From the NCBI GenBank assembly GCA_013239625.1, contig MU057344.1:9398727-9462726 (forward strand): DNA of 64,000 nt, written 5' to 3'. This DNA comes from Lama guanicoe. Taxonomy: Eukaryota. Of the stretch, positions 36,094-48,860 are shown in pieces. Below the pieces are notes generated by a model. The model worked only from the letters and a program-made list of their open reading frames with translations, searched no databases and was not told where the DNA came from. Position 1 is the stretch's first letter, and the number at the start of each line of letters is the position of its first letter. The position numbers and the translations under genes were made by a program.

Positions 36094-36206
36094 ATGGTTT
36101 GAACCCAGGATGTAAAGTAGGCATTTTGAGGTGTTCAGGGACATAACACCAGAGAAGAGACACTTTAGTGCCTGGATGACTAAGCAGAAGCAAAGATCAG
36201 GGACAA

Positions 36207-36308
36207 ATACCAGGGTGCTGTCTGAGACCCATTCAGGGGCGGCGTGCCCGCTCAGTATACCAGGGCGCTGTCTGAGACCCATTTAGGGGCGATGTGCGCA
36301 CTCAGTAT
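36207..36308 (+). repeat. 50-bp tandem duplication, 2 copies, 6 mismatches
   Basis: 36207-36256 vs 36257-36306. Confidence 0.95.
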
Positions 36309-36801
36309 CTCAATGGCTGAAAACAAGCAGGCTGAGCCCTGAAGCTTTAGCTACAAGCTATTCTCTTCTCCGGATGCAAACACTTCACGAAGATTCCTCC
36401 CGAGACCCCCATTCCCCTCCCATCAGTTAAACATACCGTTTACTGGAGCCATGTGCCCTATTAGTTTCAGCTTTGATCTTTTTGAATCTAATCACAGACT
36501 AAAAGAGCGCCCATGCTGTTTGTGCTGATTTAACACCAAAGCAAACGAGGATTATCTCCTGCGCCCATAATGATACTTCTCCATCCCCCAGCGTGGAGGA
36601 GGCGAAGGCTAATGGATAGCAGAAAGCTGGTAACTGGTCGTACTGGGCTGACTGTCTGTATTTAGAAATCAAGCCCTCATGCTAATCACAAAGTGCTTCT
36701 CATGTAAACATGCACGCGGTTTTCCGTGCTCAAGGATATATAGAAAATAGCTATTATAAAATTATCCATTAAGGTAATTTATGGGACCGTAAATAATAAC
36801 T

Positions 36802-36995
36802 CCCGTTCATCCACTCACTCTTTCAAAATTTACTGAGCAGTTAGCACGTACCAGGACTGTGGCTAGTCTCTGGGTAAACAGGGGAGAACAAGGGCCACGA
36901 GTCTGACCTCCTAGGGTTGACGCTTGGGTGGGCGAGGGAGGCAGTAAACAACGACCATCATCACTTTGTGATCACAGATTGCAACGAGTCTAAGA
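36802..36995 (-). mobile_element. LINE-2 3' end
   Basis: ttcatccactcactctttcaaaatttactgagcagttagcacgtaccaggactgtggctag. Confidence 0.65.
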
Positions 36996-38576
36996 AAAGA
37001 GCAGAGTCCTCTGAACACCTTCTGACGCTCCGTGCTCTGCGGAGGGGTGCTTCGTCTTTTCACCCTCAGAAGACTTGGGTATAATTTTCTGCACTTAACT
37101 GATGAGCAAATAAAGGCTGGTATAAACCAACAGCGTGCCCTGGGTCTCCCAGAACAAGGGGGAAGTAGAGGTGGGTTTATACCCGGGGGCACCGAGTCCT
37201 TCTCTTATCTCTGTGTGGGCTGCCTCTCCAATTATGTGTTAACCAGCCCCCACCCCATCTCCCTTTTGAGCTTCTAAAAGGCTCTCGAATGACAGTCCTG
37301 CCTCCCTGCCTTTGAGTTTGGAATTGTCTTGAGGACTGAACGCAGGAGCCTAGCAGGTGGACCTCACAATGTCCCTTCTGGACAAAGCTGTTTGGAGAAC
37401 ATGGCTTTGCTGTGCAACTGAAATGCTTGTGGACCCTCGCTGCTCCCCTCCCCAGCACTCTCACCACTGCCCCACTCACTCTAGAGCTGGGGGCAGGCCG
37501 CCAAGGGAGAAATGGGGCCTTTAGGGAATGTATGTATGTACGTAGTCACCCAAATCACAGCCTCACGCTGACCCATCGCAGTGAGAGCCCACCTCAGATG
37601 CTTCCAGATTTTCCAGATCAGCTGCATGCCACTGAGAACCAGGAGTCACTGGCTGTCACCTACAGATTAGGTGACTCACTCACTGCTACTTGGTGGGGCA
37701 TTTCTGGGGCTGGTCCACCAGGCCTGGGGTTCCCTCCACATGGAAATACAAGACCTAGTGGAGGTGTTTTTCCCAATATACACCCGTCTCTATTTTTCCA
37801 CTTCATGCTTACCATGAGCAAAATGCTATGTCTTTTGGATTTTTTTCTTTTGAAAAAAATCTGCCAGCCATTCAGAAACACTTGCAAAATTATGGCTGTT
37901 TTCTTTCATAGCGATGCAGACAATGACAAATTAAGGTACAGACATCACTTTAAATCGGTAGGAGATCATTGTGGATAACTATAGTGCAAGTAAAACCCTA
38001 ACACGTTTACTACCGGCAATTTATTTGCAGACTTAGACCCAAGCTCCAGTTTTACAGGCAAGATATCACTGCATGTGCCTAGAGCTGGTTGCTGTAGCTG
38101 TTTGTGTAACAGTCCAGTCCCGGTGAGTACACATCCGGCTGAGTATGCCCATGCACAGGTGGCCTGCAAAGAGATGCTGTGTCCCACGTGATGCCGGTCA
38201 GTGCACAGAGATGAGACTGTGGACACCATGTGAGGCCATTTCCCCTATTTGCTACCCACTGAGGGCTGCCCTTGCCGATGAGATGCTATGGCTTTCAGGG
38301 TCTGGAATCCTGGCTGACTTGTTCTTAGGTTTGCTGTCTCCCTCTGATGTGAATATATCCCCCTCCTGCTCCCGTTCATGCCTGTGATAAGCATTCGCCT
38401 ACCTGCTCTGGGGCAGGGGTGGCGCTGGCTCTTCTAGTCTAGAAAAAGAGGAGGACGCTGACATCTATAATCGTCCTCTTGGGCTGCCAGCTACAGCAGA
38501 GGTGAAACTCTTGGAGCAAGAGAGCCTAAATCTTTTCTCTAGTGAATGTGTTAACTGGACATGCATTATTGTGTGT

Positions 38577-39094
38577 TGGTGGTTTTTAAACTTGTTGGTC
38601 TTAGAACAAACTCCACTATACTCTTAACCATTACTAAGGACCCCTAAAAGTTTTTGCTTATGTGCATTAAATTTATCAATATTTACCACAATAGCAATGA
38701 AAACTGAGGAATTTTTAATTGTCTATTAATTTATTTGAAATAACAATAAAGCCTGTTTTATGTTAACATAAATAATTTATGAAAAATGACCATATTCTAC
38801 TAAAAAAATACTGAGAAGAGTGGCATTATGTTACATTTCTGCAAATATCCGTACTGTGTGACTTAATAGAAGACATTTGTGTTCTTACATCTTCTATAAT
38901 TAATCTGTTGCAGTAACGCACATCATGTAGGCACTGAAAAACTCCACTGTATACCCACGAGAGAATAAGAGTAAACAGACAGAGACCATGTTAGAATTAT
39001 CATAAATGTAGTTTCTATTTCACAGACCTCATGAAAGGATTTGGGGGACATGTGATGACCCCTGATGTATGGAATTCTAAATGTGCACTTACTG
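38577..39094 (-). mobile_element. Charlie1-derived hAT element (Charlie1b-like)
   Basis: ggtttttaaacttgttggtcttagaac...aggacccctaaaagttttt...tgagaagagtggcatt...ttaatagaagaca...catcatgtag...aaactccactgta; about 518 bp. Confidence 0.85.
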
Positions 39095-39256
39095 AAGGCA
39101 CTCATGCCCCCAGATATGATAGGGTTCTTTGGAATTGAATCACAGTGTTCAGACATTGGTCCAAAATTCAAACCTGTCTGTTTTTCATTTGTAATTTTCA
39201 CTACAAAGACAGAGAAAATGGGACTGAACAGTTGATTGATGGCAGAGAATTAGGGT

Positions 39257-39446
39257 CATTGGTGTTCTGGAGCTGGTTTGTATGGGCTTGAGAGAGCTAA
39301 TTATTGAATATTCAGGAATTTTGCCAGTTGTTAAACTATGAGTAGCCAGAAATTGGCCATGGTAGAGTATTTACACCATGGAAATAGGCAGAGGATACAG
39401 ATCCAGCTTTTTTCTTTTCAGAGAGCTGGCTTAGCAGCCACCACTG
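39257..39446. mobile_element. MER63-like hAT-Blackjack element
   Basis: TIR-like ends ggtgttctggagctgg ... cagccaccactg; internal aattggccatggtagagtatttacaccatggaaat. Confidence 0.8.
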
Positions 39447-41156
39447 ATAGATCTCAGACTAAGAGATTCAAAATGGCAGCCCAAGACATAACCCACCCCG
39501 TGTGCTTTTTTATTTAAAAGTTGGTGTAGCAGATTTTTGCTTTGTGTTTATTGTTTTGGACGTACCCATGGGAGAGGGTGAGCGCCACGTCCTTCTGTTC
39601 TGCCGTCTTGAAGCCACTCCCTGTGTTCATTGCTTTAATCTTAGTGTATTGACACAGGCAGGCAAGCTCTGTATTCCACAGCCCCCTCACCTAGTTCTTT
39701 TTGTCCTGAGTCATACATTGATCTGGACACTTTTCCTATAAGCCTGGCCTCAGAGGCATTTGTGTTTGTCTCTGCGGTTCCAGGGGCTCCTCCTTCATGC
39801 GGGAACTGGAACATCTCTTCTGAGAAGTCCGTAGCTTTTACTCCTGCCCATGATGTTGGAGGGATGGTGTTTGCCTCTGATGTTTTGGTGACATGGGTTA
39901 AGAACAGCAGCCAACCCTCTTCTCTTGAAGACCAAGTCGCACCAGGGCCTGGCACGGGTTACCTGACGCAGACGGTTGGCATTATCCCCTGCAAGGATTT
40001 ACTATTATGTGGAAATTAATGATGGCTCCATATTTTCAGGAAAGGGGGGTGGTCGGGAGCTGTGATTTATGAATCTCTCTCTTGCCATCTGTTCGTTTGC
40101 TTCAAGGCACTGCTTTTCGCAGCCTTAGAAATTAAGTTAAATGCACACAATTTTTTTTTTAAGTTTCATTTTGGAGAAAGACAAAAGAAGGCTTTTAAGA
40201 ATGACTAGCTCTTTTTCTGCAGGTCAATATAATGCTGATTATAAACCAGGAAAAAAGGGTAAAATGAGATTTTGTTTGGGTTTGTTTTTAATCGAGTCCT
40301 AGCTCATGATTCCCTCTGAGTGGAGTAGAAAGTGACACTAGCTAGCTCTGAGACCTGTTTGCTAAATTTTGCAGTGTCCCTGCTGCTAGCAGGGAAATGA
40401 GGGCTGGTAGTTGGATTCAGAGGAGATTCCATTACATCCAGTGGTCAGAATCTTACTGTTTCTAACCTCCTGCCTCCAGGAATGAAGCAGATTGTACCCG
40501 ACTGTCCCCGCTCGTAGAAAACGTTACGGATTTTGTCCTGAAAAGTTCTCTGAAAACGCACCTCCCCACCTAGCCGATTCTGGGACCTATATACCCTGAT
40601 TTTATGTAATTCAGGTACATGGGATAGTTTCATACATGAAGTGAAAGAAGATTCGGATGATTCATTTTATATTGAGATTCTTATAGAAGTCTTTCAAGTC
40701 ATAAATTCTTAAAATGAATTCAAAAGGACATCTGGTATTCAGAAATTAAACGTACACTCATTCAGGAGCATGTTTGTTTTCTAAAGCAGGGTGTGCACCT
40801 GTATTTCACAGTCTTTACTCGAGGAGGTTTTCTTACACGTAAATTTTCTCTTTATTTAAAGGCCATTTTAGCAGATTGTTTCTTGAGTAGACAGAGAGAA
40901 CCATTTACGTTTTTATAGCACTTGTATCTTATTTTAAGAGTATCAGATGTGCAGAGTTGAATTTATAACACTCCTCTGATTGCTGGCTCCCTCCATGCTG
41001 ATCCACGCAGGACACTCTCTTGTGCTACTAATATGTGTATCTTCTTAGTTTCCTCCCACTTCCTTCTCCTTAAACAGGAAGCTCGGGCGAGGAGGCGTGG
41101 TGGAGGATGCCACGGAGGTAGGGATTGCAATTTTATGAAGGAGAGTCGGGAAGGTT

Positions 41157-41950
41157 TCTTTTTTTAAATTGTAGTATAGTTGATTTATGATATTAAGTTT
41201 CTAGGATACAACATAATGATTCAGTATTTTTATAGACTATACTTCATTTAAAGTTACTATAAAATATTGGCTATATTCCCTGTGTTATACAATGTATCCT
41301 TGTGGCTCATTTATTTTATACATAGTAGTTTGAACCTCTTAATTCCTTACCCCTTTCTTGCCCCTCCCACCTTCCCTCTCCCCAGTGGTAACTACTGGTT
41401 TGTTCTCTATATCTGTGAGTCTGCTTCTCTTTTGTTATATTTATTCATTTGTTTTATTTTTTAGATTTCATGTGTAAGTGATAAAATGCAGTATTTGTTG
41501 TTCTCTGTTTGACATATTTCACTAAGCATAATACCCTCCATGTCCATCCATGTTGTTGCAAATAACAAAATTTCATTCTTTTATATGGCTGAGTACTATT
41601 CCATTTTGTACACATACTACATCTTCTTTATCCATTTTTTGTTGATGAACACTTAGGCCATTTCCACATCTTGGCTATTGTAAATGAAGCCGCTATGAAC
41701 ATTGGGGCATATATATCTTTCCAAATTAGTGTTTTAATTTTCTCTGGATATATACCCACTAGTGGAATTGCTGGGTCATACAGTATTGCTATTTTTAGTT
41801 TTTTCTAGGAAGCTCCATACTCTTTTACATAGTGGCTGCAACAGTTTACATTCCCACCTATAGTGTACTAGGATTCCCTTTTCTCCACATGCTTGCCAAC
41901 ATATGCTACTTGTAGACGTTTTGATGATAGTAATCTAACAGGGGTGAGGG
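41157..41950 (-). mobile_element. 5'-truncated LINE-1 (3'UTR and end of ORF2)
   Basis: tttttaaattgtagtatagttgatt...ggctgagtactattcc...agtggaattgctgggtcata...ctaacaggggtgagg. Confidence 0.92.
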
Positions 41951-42235
41951 GGATGTTTTCTTTTGAACAAAGACCTGAAGGAGATGAAGGCGTGATTCAT
42001 AGAGATGTATGCGTGGGTGTATATAGGACTGAGCAAAGCAAGTGCAAAGGTCCTGAGGCCAGAGTGCATCTGCTGTATTTGAGGAGCAGCATGAAAGCCA
42101 TTGTATTCGAAGCAGAGTATGATGAAGGGGGTGCAGAGGTGAGCTGGTTAGAAAGGTAACTTTCAGGCTCTCACTCAGACTTTGATTTTTACTCTAGAAA
42201 ACCAGTGGAGACTTTTGAGGCAAAGAGTGACATAA

Positions 42236-45200
42236 CTGTAGTCAACAGCCTATAGGCTTGAATGCTGGGGTGCCTCAGGCCAAACAACTAACTGGGTGGG
42301 CGTATCTCCCCACCTGCGAGCAGACAGGCTGCCCAAGCATTTCCTGAAACCATGGGCACCTCTAGACACGCCCATAGACATGGCCCCGCCCACCAGAGGG
42401 CCAAGACCCCAGCCCCACCCGCCAGCCGGTAGGCATCAGCCCCTCCCATCAGGAAGCTTGTGCAAGCTTCTAGACCGGCCTCATCCACTATGGGGAAGAC
42501 ACCAGGAACAGGAAAACTACTAATCTCACAGGCTGTGGAATAAGTCTGCAAACACAGAAACTTAAAAACTCCCAAAAAACCAGAAGTCCAGCACCGGATG
42601 GCTTCACAGGTGAATTCTACCAAACATCTGGAGAAGAGTTAACATACCTCCCTCTGAAACTGTTTCAAAAAATTGCGGAGGAATACTTCCAAATTCATCC
42701 TATGAGGCCATCATTACCCTGATGCCAAAACCAGACAAAGATATCACAGAANNNNNNNNNNNNNNNNNNNNNNNNNNNNNNNNNNNNNNNNNNNNNNNNN
42801 NNNNNNNNNNNNNNNNNNNNNNNNNNNNNNNNNNNNNNNNNNNNNNNNNNNNNNNNNNNNNNNNNNNNNNNNNNNNNNNNNNNNNNNNNNNNNNNNNNGA
42901 TCATTCAGTGTGACACACCACATCAACAGACTGAAGAATAAATATCATATGATCATCTCAATAGATGCAGAAAAAGCTTTTGATAAAATTCAACATCTGT
43001 TGATGATAAAAACTTTCCAGNNNNNNNNNNNNNNNNNNNNNNNNNNNNNNNNNNNNNNNNNNNNNNNNNNNNNNNNNNNNNNNNNNNNNNNNNNNNNNNN
43101 NNNNNNNNNNNNNNNNNNNNNNNNNNNNNNNNNNNNNNNNNNNNNNNNNNNNNNNNNNNNNNNNNNNNNNNNNNNNNNNNNGGAAGTCCCAGCCACCACA
43201 ATCAGAGAAGGAAAATAAACAAAAGGAATACAAATTGGAAAAGAAGTAAAACTGTTTCTGTTTGCAGATGGCATGATACTATACATAGAAAATCCTAAAG
43301 AAGCTACCAGAAAACTACTAGAGTTTTCATCAATGAATTTGGTAAAGTTGCAGGATACAAAATTAATATACAGAAATCTGTTGCTAACAATGAAGTATCA
43401 GAAAGAGAAATTAAGAAAGCAATCTCATTTACCGTCACATCAAGAAGAATAAAATACCTAGGAATAAACCTACCTAAGGAGGGAGGCAAAATACCTATAC
43501 TCCAAAAACTATAATACACCAATGAAAAAAATTGAAGATGACACAAACAGATGGAAAGATATACCATGTTCTTGCATTGGAAGAATCAATATTGTTAAAA
43601 TGGCCCTACTACCCAAGGCAATCTACAGATTCAGTGCAATCCCTATCAAATTACCAAAGGCATTTTTCACAGAACTGGAACAAAACATTTTAAAATTTGT
43701 ATGGAAACACAAAAGACCCTGAATAGTCAAACCAATCTTGAGAAAGAAGAGTGGAGCTGGAGGAATCATGCTCCCTGACTTCAGACTATATTATAAAACT
43801 ACAGTAATCAAAACAGTATGCTACTGGCACAAAAACAGACAAATAGACCAATGGAACAGGATACAAAGTCCAGAAATAAGCCCACATATTTATGGTCAAG
43901 TAATCTATGACAAAGAAGGCAAAAATACACAATGGAGAAAAGACAATCTCTTCAGTAAGTGGTGCTAGGAAAATTGGGCAGTCACATGTAGAAGAATGAA
44001 ATTAGAACATTCTCTAATGCCATATACGAAAATAAATTCAAAATGGATTAAAGACCTAAATGTAAGACTGGATACTCTTAAACTCCTAGAGGAAAACAGG
44101 CAGAACACTCTTTGATGTAAATCACAGCAGTTTTTTTTTTTTTTGAATCTGTCTCCTAGAGCAATGGAAATAAAAGCAAAAGTAAATAAATGGGACCTAA
44201 TTAAACTTAAAAGCTTTTGCACAACAAAGGAAATCATAAGCAAAACTAAAAGACTACCTACGGAATGGGATTAAATATTTGCCAACAGTGTGACCAACAA
44301 GTAATTAAGTTCCCAAATATACAAACAGCTCATACAGCTTAATATCAAGAAAACAAACAACCCAATCCAAACTGGATAGAAGACTTAAATAGACATTTCT
44401 CCAAAGAAAACACACAGATGGCACAGAGGCACATGAAATGATGCTCAGTATCGCTAATTTTAGGGAAATGTAAATCCAAGCTACAATGAGGTATCACCTT
44501 ATAGCAGTCAGAATAGCCATCATTAAAAAGACTACAGATAATAAATGCTGGAGAGAGTGTGGAGAANNNNNNNNNNNNNNNNNNNNNNNNNNNNNNNNNN
44601 NNNNNNNNNNNNNNNNNNNNNNNNNNNNNNNNNNNNNNNNNNNNNNNNNNNNNNNNNNNNNNNNNNNNNNNNNNNNNNNNNNNNNNNNNNNNNNNNNNNN
44701 NNNNAAACTACTTCAAAAAGATACATGCACTCCAATGTTCATAGCAGCACCATGACAACAGCTGAGACGTGGAAGCACTGAAATGTCCTTTGACATGTGA
44801 CTGAATAAAGAAGATGTGGTATGTACGTACAATGAGATATTACTCAGCCATAAAAAGAATGAAATAATGCCATTCGAAGCCACATGGATGGATTTAGAGA
44901 TTATCATATTAAGTGAAGTAAGTTAGAGAAAGAAAGATACCATATGATATCACTTATGTGGAATCTAAAAAAATGATACAAATGAACTTATTTACAAAGC
45001 AGAAATGGATTCATAGACATAAAAAACAAACTTATGATTACCAAAGAAGAACAGGTTGAGGGGCGGGGTAAATTAGGAGTTTGGGATTAACATATACATG
45101 CTACTTTATATAAAATAGATAAACATAAAAGGACCTACTGTATAGCACAGGGAACTATATTCCATATCTCGTAATAACCTATGATGGGAATGAATCTGAA

Positions 45201-45297
45201 GAAGAAAACACACACACAGAACTGAATCACTTTGTTGTACACCTGAAGCTAACACAACATGCAAATCAGCTATACTTCAATTAAAAAATTAAAAAAC
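42236..45297 (+). mobile_element. LINE-1 with partial 5'UTR fused to a degenerate ORF2 RT/C-terminal region, plus 3'UTR and A tail; non-functional
   Basis: ORF2 motifs [40 protein letters not shown] (RT active-site region, D to G), [35 protein letters not shown]; many stops and frameshifts; TSD GAGTGACAT (42225-42233 and 45298-45306); gaps at 42752-42898, 43021-43181, 44567-44704. Confidence 0.95.
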
Positions 45298-45809
45298 GAG
45301 TGACATGATTTGCCAACTTTTAGAAGGAGCCTTCTTCTGTGTTGTGTAGAGACTACACTACATGGAAGCAAGAAAAGTTGGAAGATGACTAGTTAAGGGG
45401 CTACGTGATGATCCAGGAGGAGACAGTGGTAGCTTGGATCAGCACAGTAGCAGTAGAAGAAGGGGGTCCAGGCATATTTTTTAAGAACCAGCACGATTTA
45501 CTGATGGGTCATATGTGGGATGTGAAAGAGCAAGAGGAACAAATGGAAAGAGGTGGCCATTGACCAGGAGAGTGAAGATGATGGCATGAGCAGATCTGGT
45601 GTGGAGCTCAGGAGTTCAGATTTGAAAATGCCAAATTTGAGATGCCTATTAGACAGCCAAGGGAGATGCTGGAGGAGGATGTGCAAGTCTGAATTTCACC
45701 TTGGGATTGTTAATGTATAATTGGTACTTGAAACCATAAATTTGGATGAGATCATAAAATGTTTGGATGTAAGTGATTATGGAAATGGTCTAAGAACCTT
45801 GCTCTGGGC

Positions 45810-46155
45810 CACATTCCTACCTCAGGGCTTTTGCACTTACTGTTTCCTCTGCCTAGAACACTGTTTCTCCAAGTAGTTACATGGTTTACTTCCTCACTTC
45901 ATTAAGAATTGTGTTTAATTTTCACTCCTTTATAGAGTCATTCTTTGTCCCTTTCTGTTCCACCTCACCTCACCCTGGCTTTTTTTTTTTTCTTTACAGT
46001 CTGTATCATTACTTGGGATGGGGAGATATGTGCATTTGCTCAAGGCCCTATCTTGCAGGTGGGGATTTAGCTTTGTGCACTGCTTTTCCCAGCTGTAGGA
46101 CAGCATCTGAAACACAGTGTTGTCAATAAATATTTGCTGGAATAATGAATAAATA
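45810..46155 (+). mobile_element. LINE-2 3' end
   Basis: cctcagggcttttgcacttactgtttcctctgcctagaacac...tcaataaatatttgctggaataatgaat. Confidence 0.8.
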
Positions 46156-47399
46156 ATTCCTTAGGTAATCCCCAACTCCTCTTCATCAACCATCTCAACC
46201 TTCTCACACTACTCCTTTCCATAAATGCTTATGAGACCTGAATAGTAAATAGCAAAATGTATTACTTTATTTTCAAAATGCATGATTTTAAAACATACTT
46301 TCCCAAACCTTTCCCAGAAGCATATGATATAGTAGAATTACCTCAACATGATAAAGAGGAGAGAACGAGAAAGAGGTCCTGAAGTCTGAATAATTGGGGA
46401 AACGTGGATTTATTAATTTTCCATGAACGTTGACTGCAAGCACGTCATGTCCGAGGACCTGGGCTAAGTACTAGGGATGCAAAGTCGAATGTGACGCATC
46501 CCCATCCTCAGGAACTGATGGATGGAAAGAACAATAGAAAACACAGGAACGTGATGAGCTGTGCTGAGGCTGGAAAAGCCCAGTGAGTCCAAGGGAAAAT
46601 GAAAAATTTCTGTAGGCCAGGCAATATTTAGGGGTACAGAAAGAGAGACACACTTGAGTTGCTTTTGTAAAGCTTTTTAGCAATCTCATGTTTCTAATTT
46701 AAGTACCCTTGGCATGTTAATTAATGAATTATTATTTATTAATTATTAATTCATTTAAAAGCATTCATTGTAAAAGTCATTTCTATTTTTGGAAGCTATG
46801 GAAAAGATAAAGCTTAGATTTGGAGTGACAAAGCACTTCAGACAATATCCCAGTAACTCCTTATACTTGACCCAGACCCCATGAGGTCAGTGTGAGGTGC
46901 AGAGTCTTCGAGCATGTGAGTGTCATTGCACGTTTTTCATTATTTGGGCCATGTCTGCAGATTCCCCAGAATGTGATGTGGTAGGATTCATTTAGGCAAA
47001 AAGGCTGTATCATTGATCACTAAATCCTTCCCTGGTGGACGTGCTTGGGAAGGACCTGCTGTTCTGTGTCTCGAGGACCACTGCTCCTTAAACATTCCCT
47101 TTATCTTAACTGAGTGTTCCAATCTCAGCTGATGTTATGAAGCCACAGCTTGGTGGTGTCACATAAGGGGGAATTTTAATATTTCATTTTAAGTCCCATT
47201 GGAGTGGCCTTAACTTGTTGCACAGGATTGACACTTTTTGACCAAAGCTTTTTTCTAAAAGTGAAGGAAACGACTCTGGGACTTTGGCTTTGCAATGGGA
47301 CAGTGTCTCACTTTACAGGTGAGGAAACTGAAGCTTATGGAGAAGCTTATTGAAGGCCTTCCAGCTAAAATCCCAACTAACAACTAAAGGGAGAACGGT

Positions 47400-47990
47400 C
47401 CATTATAAAGTAAAACAGATACAGAAAACTGCATGAAATAAATGCTTAGTTTAATAAACTATTACAAGGTCAATACTTTGTAGCTGCAACGCAGGTCAAG
47501 AAATAGAAATTTGTTAAATACTCATAAGCCTTCTATGTGCCCATTTTAATCACAATTACCCCTTCACTTTTCATGGTAATCACTTCAGAGGTGTCCTTTA
47601 CAGCTTTACCACCTGTCTATACATCTCTAAACACTTGAGTTTTGCCTATTATTTGTATATGTCTATGTTAACCTATAGGTTCCCCTTCTGTCCCTCCACA
47701 TTTTTTTTTCATGTATTTTATTTGTTGGAGAAAACAAGTTGTCTTACGGAGTTTCCTACTATCTGGATTTTGCTGACTGCATCTCCATGTGTCTACTGGA
47801 TTGACCATTAGGCTGAATTTTGGGAAAGGCAACTGTACAGATGGTGTTGCATTCTTCTATCAGAGCCCCATGATTATGGGTGTATACCTTTTGGTGATGT
47901 TAGCAGCTAACGGAGTACAAATACTTAAGCCCATTAACTCATTAGGGCTGCAAAATAGTCGTATTCCTTTTTGTTCATCTCACCAGTAGT
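47400..47990 (-). mobile_element. Ancient L1 3' fragment (L1MC-like), preceded by a MIR piece at about 47305-47370
   Basis: caggtcaagaaatagaa...tctggattttgctgactgcatc...ttttggtgatgttagcagc. Confidence 0.7.
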
Positions 47991-48049
47991 TTTCATGTAG
48001 TCTTCTAAAGAGCCATGCCACATTGATCAGGCAGACGTGTCAACAAGTA

Positions 48050-48860
48050 GGACATGACTCATTCATTCCAAAAATATTTCTTGAACAACTGACCCTTGTG
48101 GGTAGGCACTGGAAAAACCCAAATGAGGCAGTTATGGCACAAAGTGAAATATGATAGGTGCTATGCAAAGTGTTATAAGAGTACAGGGGAGCGGTTGGGA
48201 GATAGCACAAACTGAACAGGGAAATAGCATTTATGTTGAATCTTATACATTGAATAAGGCATGCTCTTTAAAAAAACCCCATTAATCTGTATTTAAAGAA
48301 TATTTAGAACTCACTGCCTCATAGCTACCCACTCTTAACCTTTGAAGGCCAGTTTCCATCGCTTAACACGACTGAAACGCACTGTTTGAGTCATCCGTCA
48401 TTCCTTAGTGGTCTTTCCTCAGTTCTTACCTTCCGTAAACTCTGCCAGACTCTTTGGGGTCAACTACCGCCCCCTTGAAGCTCTTTCCCTCCTTTTCTTC
48501 TGAGCCATCCGGGCACCTTGGCCTCCCTCCTATCTTCCAACTGTCCCGTTAGTGTCCTCTGGCTGCCCTTTCCACCTCCGTGGCCATGCCTGCTGCTCTT
48601 TCTCTCTCAGGTCCCTTGCCTCAGCTTCGCCTGCCATCCCACGTGCTATTAACAGCAAAATGTCTATTGAGCTCTTGCTCTGTGGGAGCTCCAAAGGTAT
48701 ACTTCTGACTCACTGCGCACTGTTGCTTTCAGGCTGTGCCTCTGTCACATCAACATCAGCATGCCCAAAATTGATCCCGTTTTCTTCCCCAAACCAAATC
48801 CTCCTCCTGACCCCACCAACTCAGTGAATAGCTTCTCCACCTCCCTGGCCTTGACTTAGA
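48050..48860. mobile_element. LINE-2 remnants (minus about 48050-48260, plus about 48320-48860)
   Basis: ctcattcattccaaaaatatttcttgaac; cccactcttaacc...catcaacatcagcatgcccaaaattga...ctcagtgaatagc. Confidence 0.6.

Larger units (their letters stand above)
41090..45800 (-). mobile_element. LINE-2 (L2a-like), split by two L1 insertions
   Basis: Collinear pieces at 41090-41155, 41950-42235 (aaagacctgaaggagatgaagg...aagtgcaaaggtcctgaggc) and 45298-45800. Confidence 0.8.

Noticed and set aside
37412-37978. 188-aa ORF
   Set aside because: Non-ATG start, no domain resemblance, no convincing splice sites
42560-44900. Active reverse transcriptase gene
   Set aside because: L1 ORF2 has many stops and frameshifts, FADD is mutated to FADG, and EN and ORF1 are absent
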